A stretch of DNA of 64,000 nt from assembly GCA_030754595.1 (NCBI GenBank), contig JASLZZ010000039.1, positions 1-64,000 of the forward strand, in the 5' to 3' direction. The translations under genes were made by a program, and so were the position numbers. The stretch is from Nitrospinota bacterium (lineage in GTDB: Bacteria > UBA8248). The notes below the pieces were generated by a model. It saw only the letters and a list, made by a program, of their open reading frames with translations, ran no database searches and was not told the origin of the DNA. Every line of letters begins with the position of its first letter. Position 1 is the stretch's first letter. Shown piece after piece: positions 38,645-48,912 of the stretch.

Positions 38645-41052
38645 TTGGGGCCCTCCCCGTCTGGGGCGGCGCCACTCGCTTCCTTGCCCGGCGCCGCTCC
38701 GCTCGCCTCCCGCATCGCCCGAAGGACTTTTTCGGGGGTGACGGGCATGTCTTTCAACCAGATACCCACCGCGTCGTGGATGGCGTTCACGATGGCGGGC
38801 TTGAGGGCCATCGTTCCTGTCTCGCCCACTCCGCGCGCGCCGTAGGGACCCGATTCGAGGGGATTCTCGACGATATCGGTGATGAATTCGCGCGGCATAT
38901 CCTCGAATGCGGTCAAAGGGTATTCAAGGAACGAGCCGTTCACGAGACGGCCGTCCTCGATTCGCATGGACTCGAACAGGGCGAATCCCAGGGTCATCGC
39001 GGCGGCTCCCTGAACCTGCTCGACGCAGTGCCGGGGGTTGATCGCCCGGCCCACGTCGGCGGAGCAAACCAGCCGGGTGACTTTCACGAAACCGGTCTCG
39101 GTGTCCACCTCGACCTCGGCGCCGCTGGCCCCGGCGAACCAGTGTTCGGTCATCCGGGGAGTCTGGCCCGTTTCGGGGTCGGCTTTGACTGCATGACCCT
39201 GAAAGGTGCCTTCGCCGGTGAGGGTGGTTCCGGGGGCGCCGAAGCGCTTGAGGAAAATCTCGGGAATGGTTATCGCGCGCTCGGGCAGGGAGCGGGAGAA
39301 AACCCGGCCCTCCCTGAGCTCGAGCTCCTCGGAGGGAATTTCAAGAGCTTCGGATGCCGTTTCGAGGAGTTTTTCCCGAATCTGCCGAGCGGCGCCGATT
39401 ACAGCGTTGCCCATGTGATAGGTGGAGCGGCTCCCCGCCGTGAGCGTGTCGTAGGGGGATTGATCGGTGTCCGGTGTCGTAACGTGGACTTTATTCACGT
39501 CAAGCCCGAGCTCCTCGGCGGCGATTTGGGCGAAAGCCGTTGTCGCGCCCTGGCCCATCTCCACCGTCGCGGAGCGCACGATGGCGCTTCCGTCGCTGTT
39601 CAGCTCAACGATGGCGTTCGATATGGTAGGGGATATGACGGATTTGAAACCCAGGGCGATTCCCCGGCCGCGGGCGATGTGCTTTTCCTGGGTGAGCCCC
39701 GGGCCCAGGGTGGGTGCCGGACGGTTCTCCGAAGTTTTTTCCATCACCCGGCTCACTGAGTCGAGACAGGCCCGGAGCCCTATCGAGGTGACCGGGGAGC
39801 CCGTGGAGTAAAGGTCGCCTTCTTCTAAGACATACTCCCGCTGCAGGGCTACGGGGTCTTTTTCGAGTAAGGTGGCCGCCTTGTTCATGTGGGTTTCGTA
39901 GGCGATGGCCAGCTGGGGGACGCCGAAGCCTCGCAACGGCCCCGAGGGGGTTTTGTTCGTGTAGACGCAAAAGGCATCGACCGAAACGTTGGGAAATTTG
40001 TAGGGCCCCGGAGCGGTGGAGCCTGTCTTTTGGGCGATGCGCGGGCCGACCTCGGCGTAGGCCCCGGCGTCGTAGAAGACCTCTACCTTGCGGGCGGTGA
40101 TTTTACCGTCCTTGATCCCGGTCCATATTTTCGTCGCCGCGCCGTGCCTGGAGGAGGTGTAGAAGACCTCCTCGCGCGAGAGGTGAAGTTGAACGGGGCG
40201 GCTCGTCACCTTCGCCATGAGACAAGTGAGGGGTTCGAGCTTGTCGTAAATCTTTCCGCCGTAGCTCCCACCGAGCGGAGGAACGACGACGCGGACATCG
40301 GCCAGCGCGAGGCCGAAGATCGCCGCCAGATCCCCGCGGACGAAATAGGGGGTCTGTGAGGTGGTGTGGACGATGAGCCTTCCGCCGGGCTCGAACCAGG
40401 CGGCGGCGCCGTGAGGCTCGAGGTGGGCGTGGGAGACCGGCGGGCAGGTGTAGGTGTCCTCGAGAACATGATCAGCCTCGGCCAGCGCCTTTTCGGCGTC
40501 GCCTTGCCTTTGCTTGTAATGGGTGCAAATGTTGGTTCCCGGGTGCCCTTTGAGCGCCATGAGATCGGCGAAGGCTCCGGCGGGCTCGAGGGAATCGTGG
40601 AGAAGGGGCGCTCCGGGTTGCGCGGCCTCGAAGGGGTTCTGCACATGGGGAAGCTCTTCGTATTCGGCCTCGATGAGCGCGGCGGCCTCCTCGGCGGCTT
40701 CCCGGTTTTCGGCGGCGACGGCCGCGATGGGCTCGCCCGCGTAGCGCACCTTTCCGAAGGCGAGGATGGGCTGATCGCGGAAAGCGGGGCCGTAGCAGGG
40801 CCGGACGCCATGGACCGCCAGCAGGTTCTCACCGGTGAACACGGCCGCGACTCCGGGGACGCCGCCGGCCGCACGGGTGTCCACGCGGAGGATCTTAGCG
40901 TGCGGGTGCGTACTCCTCGCCAGGGCCAAGTGGAGCGCGCCGGGAAACACCATGTCGGCGAGATATCGCTGCGCCCCTCGGACTTTCGCCGGGCCGTCGA
41001 GTCGGAGAACGTCATGCCCGACGACGCTCCATTCTATTGATTCCCGTGTCAA
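38641..41052 (-). CDS. Xanthine dehydrogenase-family molybdopterin-binding large subunit
   Basis: HAHLEPH, GGSYGGK, GPLRGFG, EMGQG, GSRST, GARGVGE. Confidence 0.93.
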   Translation of the reverse strand: MTRESIEWSVVGHDVLRLDGPAKVRGAQRYLADMVFPGALHLALARSTHPHAKILRVDTRAAGGVPGVAAVFTGENLLAVHGVRPCYGPAFRDQPILAFGKVRYAGEPIAAVAAENREAAEEAAALIEAEYEELPHVQNPFEAAQPGAPLLHDSLEPAGAFADLMALKGHPGTNICTHYKQRQGDAEKALAEADHVLEDTYTCPPVSHAHLEPHGAAAWFEPGGRLIVHTTSQTPYFVRGDLAAIFGLALADVRVVVPPLGGSYGGKIYDKLEPLTCLMAKVTSRPVQLHLSREEVFYTSSRHGAATKIWTGIKDGKITARKVEVFYDAGAYAEVGPRIAQKTGSTAPGPYKFPNVSVDAFCVYTNKTPSGPLRGFGVPQLAIAYETHMNKAATLLEKDPVALQREYVLEEGDLYSTGSPVTSIGLRACLDSVSRVMEKTSENRPAPTLGPGLTQEKHIARGRGIALGFKSVISPTISNAIVELNSDGSAIVRSATVEMGQGATTAFAQIAAEELGLDVNKVHVTTPDTDQSPYDTLTAGSRSTYHMGNAVIGAARQIREKLLETASEALEIPSEELELREGRVFSRSLPERAITIPEIFLKRFGAPGTTLTGEGTFQGHAVKADPETGQTPRMTEHWFAGASGAEVEVDTETGFVKVTRLVCSADVGRAINPRHCVEQVQGAAAMTLGFALFESMRIEDGRLVNGSFLEYPLTAFEDMPREFITDIVENPLESGPYGARGVGETGTMALKPAIVNAIHDAVGIWLKDMPVTPEKVLRAMREASGAAPGKEASGAAPDGEGPK

Positions 41053-41942
41053 TTTTTTCTCCGCTCGTCCCTGGCTTTCGGTTTCCGCCGGGCCGCTTCG
41101 AGTAGTGCCCTCCGGACGAGAACGGGGGCGATTTCCCGTTTGTACCAGGTCGAACCCGAGGAATCCTCGATCGAGTCGAGTTGACTGTGTGTCAGGTCGG
41201 CCACTTTTTGCGCCGCTGCTTCGGTCACCGCCTCCCCGCTTAATATTTCATCCACTCCTTCCAGCAGGAGGGGAGTCTGGGCCGCGGCGGTGAGGACCAC
41301 CCGCGCGCTTTCGCATTTTCCGGAGAAATTCTCTTTGATATAAACCGCCACTCCGACACAAGGCCAGTCGGCCGATGCGTGGGAAGTGAATTTCAGGTAA
41401 TGGCCCGAGGCTTCTTCATCGGTCGGCGGAAGATCGACGCCGAGAATAATTTCGTCATCTTCCTTGGCTGTTTCGAAAAAGCCCCGGAAAAAATCCTCGA
41501 GTTGAAGCTCTCGCTCGCCCCTTGCCGAGCCAAGGCGAACTCTCGCTCCGAGAGCGATCAGGGCGCCGGGGGGGTCGAGGCGATAGTCCCCGTGCGCCAG
41601 GTTTCCGCCTACCGTCGCCGACCAGCGGACCCGAACATTCGCGACGGAGGAAAGAGTTTCGCTCAGAAGCGGGTATTGGCTCCGAACGGCAGGGTGCATT
41701 TCGACGGACCGCAAGGTAGCCATGGCTCCGATTGAAAGTCCGCCGCTTTTTGCGGGCGAAACACCACCGAGGCCGCTTATTTTGTGCAAAGAAACGATAT
41801 GCGAAGGATTGAAGAGGCGCTGGCGCATCATGGAGATAATGGCGGTTCCCCCGGCGAGGGGGATTGTTTCGTGCGCCGAGATAAGTCGGCTCGCTTCTTC
41901 GTAGGTATCTGGTTCGAGAAGCTCGAATCGGGGAACACCCAT
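41049..41942 (-). CDS. Molybdenum hydroxylase FAD-binding medium subunit (CoxM-like)
   Basis: LAGGT, IGAMATL, ATVGGNLAH; in an M-L-S operon. Confidence 0.92.
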   Translation of the reverse strand: MGVPRFELLEPDTYEEASRLISAHETIPLAGGTAIISMMRQRLFNPSHIVSLHKISGLGGVSPAKSGGLSIGAMATLRSVEMHPAVRSQYPLLSETLSSVANVRVRWSATVGGNLAHGDYRLDPPGALIALGARVRLGSARGERELQLEDFFRGFFETAKEDDEIILGVDLPPTDEEASGHYLKFTSHASADWPCVGVAVYIKENFSGKCESARVVLTAAAQTPLLLEGVDEILSGEAVTEAAAQKVADLTHSQLDSIEDSSGSTWYKREIAPVLVRRALLEAARRKPKARDERRKN

Positions 41943-42146
41943 TTTGTCTCCCTTCCCGTATCCGGAAAAGAGATGTCTTCGCGAAGGAATCGGATTTGTA
42001 TAGAGACTACGACATCGCCGTGATAACTGTCCAACATTTCACTGGCGATCACTTATTTGAAAATAGCGGTGCTGGCCTTGACGGAGGAGGCAAATGGGCT
42101 TTTGATGACGTAAGTTTCCAAAATGTTTAGAAAGAGGGGGGGTTCC

Positions 42147-43010
42147 ATGCGGCAATTGAGCGATCATCTTTATGCGGAAACAGGGTACGACTGGGCCAAC
42201 GTGGGCGCCGCCGTCACGGAAAAAGGGGTGGTGCTCCTCGATTGCCCGGTGAGGCCGACGGACTCGAGCCACTGGCTGTCCGAGGTTGGGCCTCTTAGCT
42301 CTCGAGGCATCCAGTATCTCATCGCCACGGATTTTCATGGCGACCACACTACGGGAGCCGCTTTCGTCGGCGATGTTCATTTCATCGCCCCTCAATATGT
42401 GTACGGAGAAATTTCGAAGGGAGCCAATGCCTTTTCAAAAGAAATTTTCACCGAAACCCTGCGGGATCAGGGCCATGTGGAGGAGGCGGATCAAATTCTG
42501 GAGGCCCCGGTTCCCCTACCTCAATTTTGTTTTGAAGATTCCTTGATTCTTCACCTTTCCCCGCTCACTTTCGAGATTCACCGCAAGGGGGGCCACTCTC
42601 CGGCATGCACTTCCGTGCTTGTCCCCGAGGAGGGGGTGTTGTTTTCGGGAGATGTCGTGATCAACGGCCCTTCGATGGGAATGCGCGATGCTCATCTGGG
42701 GCAGTGGATTGAGGCGCTTTCGTGGGTCGAGGGTCTGAATGTGGACACCATTGTCCCCGGACACGGAGAGATTTGCGGAAAGGACGTGCCCAGAACATTG
42801 CGCGAACGTCTTACTGAGGTCCTTGAAGGCATGAGACGGCTGGTTCAGGAGGGCCAGAGCAAGAGAGAGGCCGTGGAGGATCCATCTTTCGCCAAATTTT
42901 TTCATGGGGACGCCTCCCGGGGGGCGTACTGGCTCCAGCAGCGAAAGGACACTTTTCGTGAGGGTCTGGAACGAGTCTTCGAGGAGGCGAAGAAAGAGGT
43001 TGGAAACTGA
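42147..43010 (+). CDS. Metallo-beta-lactamase-fold hydrolase (cyclase-like)
   Basis: ANVG, TDFHGDH (variant HxHxDH), GGHS, LFSGD, VPGHG. Confidence 0.82.
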   Translation: MRQLSDHLYAETGYDWANVGAAVTEKGVVLLDCPVRPTDSSHWLSEVGPLSSRGIQYLIATDFHGDHTTGAAFVGDVHFIAPQYVYGEISKGANAFSKEIFTETLRDQGHVEEADQILEAPVPLPQFCFEDSLILHLSPLTFEIHRKGGHSPACTSVLVPEEGVLFSGDVVINGPSMGMRDAHLGQWIEALSWVEGLNVDTIVPGHGEICGKDVPRTLRERLTEVLEGMRRLVQEGQSKREAVEDPSFAKFFHGDASRGAYWLQQRKDTFREGLERVFEEAKKEVGN

Positions 43011-43050
43011 GAAGCCATGCGAAGCAAAAGATTTATGAGGGGAAAGGCTT

Positions 43051-43472
43051 ATGAAAGCTGTGGAGCGAAAGCTGGGCAGAATATTTCATCTGGAATATGA
43101 GGCCTGAGACGATTTTTTCGGGGAGCTTAATCAGTTTGTAAAGGAGAAAAATATCCGCGCCGGCTCCGTTTTTCTCCTGGGAGCCCTTTCCCGGACCGAG
43201 ATGATTTTGGGGTTCAAGACAATGGACGGATACGATGTGGATAGGCGCGTTTTCGAGGAGTGGCGGGAATTGGTGGCCGTGAGCACCATTAGCTGGCCCG
43301 AGAACCCCCAGCGGTGCTGGGCGATGTGGATTGGACCGGGCCTCAGCCGTATGTCCATATCCATATGGTCCTTAGCGGCGGACCCGGCAGGAATGAAGAT
43401 GTCCTTATCGGTCATCTGAGCGGCGGAGTTCTCAAGGGCGGAATGAACCTTGATATTTACGAGCACATTTAG
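43051..43472 (+). pseudogene. PPC/DUF296-domain protein with in-frame TGA (43105-43107) and a frameshift near 43305
   Basis: MKAVERKLGRIFHLEYEA*DDFFGELNQFVKEKNIRAGSVFLLGAL...ISWPENP, then after a shift PYVHIHMVLS...IGHLSGG...DIYEHI*; HxH...GHL metal motif. Confidence 0.75.
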
Positions 43473-43571
43473 GCGATAGCCGCTGGCTCCCGTGCCGGGA
43501 TATGTTTATACTGAATACCATATCCAACACTTAGGCTTTAATATTCGGTTTCAGTCCAGGGAGGGGAGTTC

Positions 43572-44708
43572 TTGTCCATCGAGTTGGCGTGGTACATGTC
43601 GTGCGATGGAGATGGTTCTCATATTGGCCGTAAATTCGCCGAGTTTCCTCCAAGTTTTGAAACTTTCACCCGCGTCGCCCAAAATGCCGAGAAATCCGGA
43701 TTCACCACCCTTCTCGTTCCCACATCGCAGATTAGCGGACACTATGGGCGCGAGGCGCCGACCTGGGACAGCATTATCAACGCGGCGGTCGTCGCCCCCG
43801 CGACGAAGGTCATCAAGCTGCTTCTCGCCGTCCGCCCGGGGATGATCCACCCGTCCTATTGCGCCCGGATGATGGCCTCCCTCGATGAATTGAGCGGGGG
43901 GCGGATTATGTACAACATCGTGACCGGCGGCTCCGATCTTTCGGCCTATGGAGACGACCTCGACCACGACACGCGGTATGAACGGACGGAGGAATATATC
44001 CAGGTTCTCGAAGGTCTCTGGACCCAGGATAATTTTTCCTTCGAGGGAAAGTACTATCGTTTCAGGGATGCTTCGGTGTATCCCCGGCCGGTGCAGAAAC
44101 CTCGAATCCCTTTTTTTATGGCGGGTGCTTCGGAGATCGCCCGGAAAATAGCCGTCCGGCACGGTGACTACTGGGTGTTCTGGGGTGAGACGCCGGATCA
44201 GGTGAGGGAGCAAGTCGAAGGAATGGAAAAGTCCCTCGAGGGAAGGGATCGGCCGCTCAAGTACGTGACGCGGTTTCAAATCATGGCGCGCGACACGGAA
44301 GAGGAAGCCTTCGAGGCGGCGGAGGAAGTCCTCAGCAAGATCGATCCCGAGGTTCTGGCCCACCGGGGAAAAGTATTATCGAAATTCGATAGTAAGGGAA
44401 CGCGGAACCAACAAGAACGGACAAAAGAGGAAATGGTCGGACCGAATCTCTGGGCGGGAATGGGCCGCATTCGATCGGGGTCCGCCGTAACAATTGTCGG
44501 GAATTATGAGCAGTGTGCCAGAAAAATAATTGAGATCGAGCAGGCGGGGGTTCACCTCCTTATCCTTTCGGGATTTCCCCTTCATTCCGAATGCGAGCGA
44601 ATTGGCGAAAAAGTTATCCCGTTGGTTCGGGAGATGGAACTTGACATGGGGCTGATTAACGAAGAGGAAGACATTTTTCTAAAGGTGGCCGCTGCCGCGG
44701 CGTCCTAG
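43572..44708 (+). CDS. LLM-class flavin-dependent monooxygenase (SsuD-like subgroup)
   Basis: AQNAEKSGF, LLAVRPG, SLDELSGGR-NIVTG, FEGKYY, PNLWAG, LILSGFP. Confidence 0.87.
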   Translation: MSIELAWYMSCDGDGSHIGRKFAEFPPSFETFTRVAQNAEKSGFTTLLVPTSQISGHYGREAPTWDSIINAAVVAPATKVIKLLLAVRPGMIHPSYCARMMASLDELSGGRIMYNIVTGGSDLSAYGDDLDHDTRYERTEEYIQVLEGLWTQDNFSFEGKYYRFRDASVYPRPVQKPRIPFFMAGASEIARKIAVRHGDYWVFWGETPDQVREQVEGMEKSLEGRDRPLKYVTRFQIMARDTEEEAFEAAEEVLSKIDPEVLAHRGKVLSKFDSKGTRNQQERTKEEMVGPNLWAGMGRIRSGSAVTIVGNYEQCARKIIEIEQAGVHLLILSGFPLHSECERIGEKVIPLVREMELDMGLINEEEDIFLKVAAAAAS

Positions 44709-44717
44709 GAGCGAATA

Positions 44718-45809
44718 ATGGCGGAAGTAGTCGTAACGGACTTGGTGAAAAAGTTTGGAACGGAAACGCTGGCGGTGGACAATATCAGCTTCACCGTCGC
44801 GGAAGGAGAGTTCGTTACTTTGCTGGGCCCCAGCGGTTGCGGCAAGACGACGACGCTTCGGTGCATAGCGGGTCTCGAAATCCCCGACGACGGGGAAATT
44901 TCGATTGGCGGGGAGTTATTCACCTCCGGCAGTAAGGGAGTTTGCCTGCCGCCCGAGAAGAGACATCTCGGAATGGTTTTTCAGTCCTACGCCATCTGGC
45001 CGCATATGTCCGTTGCCGAAAACGTGGCCTATGGTCTTCAAGCGCAGGGTGCGTCCCGAAATGAGGCAAGAGGGAAAGTCGACAAGGCGCTTGAGCTTGT
45101 CGGCCTGAGCGGCCTTGGAGATCGAAACGCCACGAAACTCTCTGGCGGCCAGCAGCAGCGCGTATCCCTCGCCCGGGCCGTGGCGTACAACCCCCGCGTT
45201 CTTCTTTTCGACGAGCCCTTGAGCAACCTGGACGCCAAGCTTCGGGAGAGGATGCGGCTCGAACTGGTCAACCTGGTAAAAGAGCTCAAGATGACCGCGC
45301 TCTATGTCACCCACGATCAGGCCGAGGCCATGGTTATGAGTGATCGGATTATCATCATGAAGGATGGAAGGATTCAACAGGTAGGTGACCCGCATTCCAC
45401 CTATAACGAACCCACTAACAGCTTTGTCGCCGACTTTATCGGAGTCACGAACATTATCGAGGGCAGCGCCGAGGAGAAAAACTCCGGCGGCCTTTTGGTG
45501 GACGTTCCGAAACTGAGCGCCAAAATTTTGTGCGGGGCCGGGTTGGACAGGGAGATCGGCAAGGGAGCCAAGGTTCTCGTGACCGTGAGGCCCGAGTATA
45601 TCGAGCTACATGCACCGGACTCCGATGGGGCGAATCGCCTCGAAGGAGTGGTGGACAAGGCGGTTTACCTCGGGCAGTCATGGGACTGCCTGATTCGGGT
45701 GGGAGACACCGATCTCCGGGTGCATGTCAGGGGCGATGAGCCGATCGAGCCCGGAAAACGGGTAACCATGTACATCTTGCCCGAGAGATGTGTGGTTTTG
45801 AAGGATTAG
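44718..45809 (+). CDS. ABC transporter ATP-binding protein (FbpC/PotA family, TOBE domain)
   Basis: GPSGCGKTT, LSGGQQQR, DEPLSNLDAKLR, YVTHDQ. Confidence 0.93.
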   Translation: MAEVVVTDLVKKFGTETLAVDNISFTVAEGEFVTLLGPSGCGKTTTLRCIAGLEIPDDGEISIGGELFTSGSKGVCLPPEKRHLGMVFQSYAIWPHMSVAENVAYGLQAQGASRNEARGKVDKALELVGLSGLGDRNATKLSGGQQQRVSLARAVAYNPRVLLFDEPLSNLDAKLRERMRLELVNLVKELKMTALYVTHDQAEAMVMSDRIIIMKDGRIQQVGDPHSTYNEPTNSFVADFIGVTNIIEGSAEEKNSGGLLVDVPKLSAKILCGAGLDREIGKGAKVLVTVRPEYIELHAPDSDGANRLEGVVDKAVYLGQSWDCLIRVGDTDLRVHVRGDEPIEPGKRVTMYILPERCVVLKD

Positions 45810-45885
45810 AATTTGTTGTTTCGGGAAGTTTAGGTGATTCGAGCGATGCCGAATGAATCAGTTTCTTTATCAAGGAGGAGTCCAA

Positions 45886-47031
45886 ATGAAAAAGTATGGT
45901 AGTTCCTGGTTGGGGATGGCTCTGGCGTTTGCGGCCCTGGTGGGGCTTAGCGGAGCCGCCTGGGCGGCTGAAGCGCCGATATTGAAGTCTTTGTCGGGCG
46001 CGGAGAAGGCCCGCGTGGCCAAGCTCATCGCCGGAGCGAAAAAAGAAGGTTCGTTTTCCTGGGCCACCAATCTGGCTCCCGTGAAAGCGGCCAAGGCGCT
46101 CGAGAAGGATTTCAAAAAGTATTACGGCCTCCCGGGCGTGAAGTTCAGGTTCGCAATGCGCAAATCGGGCACCCTCATCAAGCGATTCGAGCAGGAAATC
46201 AAGGCTAATAAGCTCTCGGTGGACGTGGTTGTCCTCGCGGCCGCCTCCTGGCTCCACTCGATGATAAAGCGTGGCAACCTGATGAAGTACACCTCGCCCG
46301 AGGATAAGTTTTTTGTCCCCGCGGCGAAGGCCAAGATGAACGCGCCCGGCTACTGGGTGGCCGATGGGCAGCTCAACACCATGGCGGTGAACCGCGACCT
46401 GGCCGGCAACGTGAAGCTCACCAGCTGGTTTGACCTGACCAACCCCAAATACGCGGGCAAGGTCCTCGTCGGCGACTCCAGCCGCTCGGAAACCTACACC
46501 CTCTGGTACATGGGGCTTCGCCGGGTTCTGCCCAAGAGCTATTTTGTGAAGCTCAACGCCCAGAATTCGGGCATCATGATTCGCGGCTCGGCCCAGCGGC
46601 GCTCCCTGATGGCGGGCGAGTACTGGTTCGGCACGACCATCATGGCCCGTCACAACTGGATCGCCAAAAAGGCCGGCGTGAATATGTCCCCGATTTACCC
46701 GAAAGAGGGCACCGTAGCTCTTCCCATTGGCGCCGTGATCATGGCGAAAGCGAAGCACCCGAACATGGCCAAGCTGTTTGTTGACTACTGGCGTAGCGTG
46801 AGAGGCCATCATAAAATGCTTGAGTACAACCCGCTTAACTCGGGCCGCCCGCTTCCGCCGCATAAGAACCCGGATATCAACAAATTCATCCTGGCCGATG
46901 ACGGCATCGCGCCTCCCCTCGACAGGATCAACATCATCCCGATCGACTGGGGAAAAGTCGGACACGATGATGTGAAGAAGTGGCGTGCCGAATTCAACGC
47001 CGTATTCAGCTCGGCTCCGAGAAAGAACTAA
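45886..47031 (+). CDS. ABC transporter substrate-binding protein (Fe3+/polyamine/thiamine-like family)
   Basis: Signal peptide MKKYGSSW...AWA, SWFDL-PKY-GKV, YPKEG, HPNMAKLFVDY; AGGAGG RBS. Confidence 0.87.
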   Translation: MKKYGSSWLGMALAFAALVGLSGAAWAAEAPILKSLSGAEKARVAKLIAGAKKEGSFSWATNLAPVKAAKALEKDFKKYYGLPGVKFRFAMRKSGTLIKRFEQEIKANKLSVDVVVLAAASWLHSMIKRGNLMKYTSPEDKFFVPAAKAKMNAPGYWVADGQLNTMAVNRDLAGNVKLTSWFDLTNPKYAGKVLVGDSSRSETYTLWYMGLRRVLPKSYFVKLNAQNSGIMIRGSAQRRSLMAGEYWFGTTIMARHNWIAKKAGVNMSPIYPKEGTVALPIGAVIMAKAKHPNMAKLFVDYWRSVRGHHKMLEYNPLNSGRPLPPHKNPDINKFILADDGIAPPLDRINIIPIDWGKVGHDDVKKWRAEFNAVFSSAPRKN

Positions 47032-47037
47032 CTTGAA

Positions 47038-48828
47038 TTGTTGAAGGAGGATTCCTGCTTGTCCACGGAATCTGATGAAACTCAAAGTTCATTGAAGACG
47101 GGCGCGGCCGCGGTGCAAGCCGCGGTTGCGCCCGCCCCCTTTTTGGGGGGGATGTTCAATGCTGAAAATCTCACGAAAGTCGGATCGCTTATTCTGCTTA
47201 CCGTTCTGGCGATTGTTCCGATTACGGTTTATCTCCAGAGCAGTTTCCGGGTTCATGTCGAAGGGTCCCAGCTAGGGTTCACGCTGGTCAACTATGTGCA
47301 GACGTTCACGGAGCCAAAAATACTGCGGGCGATCTGGAATACGTTGGTCATCGCGGTTGGAACCGCGTTTTTCTCATCCATCGTAGGCGTCGCGCTAGCT
47401 TGGTTCCATGCTCGGACCGACATGCCGTGGCGGGGGGCGCTTGAGCCTCTGACGCTGATCCCGTTTTTCCTTTCATCTTTTTTGGGAGCCATCGCATGGT
47501 GGGCGCTTGCCGCTCCTCGCATCGGGATCCTGAACCGGTGGATGATCGATCTGTTCGGGGTCTCCACGCCGCCATTCAATATCTACAGCATGACCGGAAT
47601 CATCATGGTCATGGCGCTTTTCTACGTGCCTTATATGTATCTGTTCACCATCGGCTCGCTGAACCGGATGGACCCTGCGCTTGAGGAGTCCGCGCGGGTT
47701 TGCGGGACCGGTGTGCTGCGCACCGCGCTCCGGGTGACGATACCGCTTTCGACGCCGGCGATTCTGTCGGGAGCCATCATCATTTTCGTCGTCAGCGCGG
47801 GTGTGTTCGGTGTGCCCACCTTGCTGGGGCCGATCGCCCGCATTGACACGCTTTCCACCGTGATTTACGTCAAAATGGAGGAATATCCGCTCGATCTCGG
47901 CGGTGCGGCGGCGGCGGGCAGCGTTCTCATGTTGATCGCGGTGATGGGGCTTTACGTCCAGCGCAAGATTGTGGCGCCGAGAAGCTACGTGACGGTGACG
48001 GGTAAAGGCTTCCGGCCCAACCGCGTCATGCTTGGAAATTGGAAATACGCCGCGTTGGCCCTGAATCTTGCGTATATCATTATGGCCGTTGTATTGCCCT
48101 TGGGCGCGCTGTTCCTGGCCTCGATCAACCGGGCCTGGCTGGGCGGTTTCAGGTGGAGCCAACTCTCGTTCTATAACTGGGACTTCATCCTTTTCTCGTA
48201 CGACTACGCCATGGACGCGATGAAGAACAGCTTGATGTTGGGCTTTGTCGGCGGCTTCATGACCGTGGTTCTTTGCACGTTCCTCTCGATGGTGATACTG
48301 CGGGGAAGAAACAAGAAACTCTCCAGCGTCGTTGACTATGTCGCCACGCTTCCCATCGGTGTGCCGGGCCTGGTCATGGGCATGGCGTTCCTCATCACCT
48401 GGATCAAAACGCCGCTATACAGCTTTCCGCTCTTCCTTCTCATGCTGGCCTACATGACGCGCTATCTACCCTACGGGCTTAGGACGATCACGGCGATACT
48501 TCAATCGCTGAGCGCCGAGCTCGAGGAAAGCTCCCGCGTGTGCGGTGAGTCGTTTATCGGGACGATACGCAAGGTGACGGTGCCGCTTCTTCGGCCCGGC
48601 ATTTTTGCTGCCTATCTCATGCTTTTTATTATGTTTATCCGGGAGTTGCCCGTATCCGCGCTCCTTGCCACCGAGGACAGCACCCCGATGGCGGTGGCCC
48701 TCTATGTCATTAGTGAGAACGAAGCGCTCGGCGTGGTCTCCGCATTTGCCCTGGTTCAGGCGTTCATCCTTTTGGTCGGGACAATCTTGTTCAGGCGGCT
48801 GGGAAATATAGAGAAATTGTCCGTGTAA
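47038..48828 (+). CDS. ABC transporter permease with two TM domains (FbpB-like)
   Basis: Two EAA-type loops (LEESARVCG, LEESSRVCG), YVTVTGKG; start codon uncertain. Confidence 0.9.
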   Translation: MLKEDSCLSTESDETQSSLKTGAAAVQAAVAPAPFLGGMFNAENLTKVGSLILLTVLAIVPITVYLQSSFRVHVEGSQLGFTLVNYVQTFTEPKILRAIWNTLVIAVGTAFFSSIVGVALAWFHARTDMPWRGALEPLTLIPFFLSSFLGAIAWWALAAPRIGILNRWMIDLFGVSTPPFNIYSMTGIIMVMALFYVPYMYLFTIGSLNRMDPALEESARVCGTGVLRTALRVTIPLSTPAILSGAIIIFVVSAGVFGVPTLLGPIARIDTLSTVIYVKMEEYPLDLGGAAAAGSVLMLIAVMGLYVQRKIVAPRSYVTVTGKGFRPNRVMLGNWKYAALALNLAYIIMAVVLPLGALFLASINRAWLGGFRWSQLSFYNWDFILFSYDYAMDAMKNSLMLGFVGGFMTVVLCTFLSMVILRGRNKKLSSVVDYVATLPIGVPGLVMGMAFLITWIKTPLYSFPLFLLMLAYMTRYLPYGLRTITAILQSLSAELEESSRVCGESFIGTIRKVTVPLLRPGIFAAYLMLFIMFIRELPVSALLATEDSTPMAVALYVISENEALGVVSAFALVQAFILLVGTILFRRLGNIEKLSV

Positions 48829-48912
48829 TTCTGCCTCCTTCGGGAGCTTGTCTTTTTCATTCCATCACCCTTCGGGGAGTTTCACCGGAAAGAGTTTAAA
48901 GAGGAGACCAAG

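Noticed and set aside
38177..41942. Aerobic CO dehydrogenase (coxMSL)
   Set aside because: The active-site loop is PLRGFG, not AYxCSFR or AYxGAGR, and no cox accessory genes are present.
43105..43107. Selenocysteine TGA
   Set aside because: The position fits Gly rather than Cys, and the same gene also has a frameshift.
48835..48880. Two cUUCGg hairpins between the permease and ACAD
   Set aside because: Stems are only 3-4 bp, insufficient to call a terminator or ncRNA.
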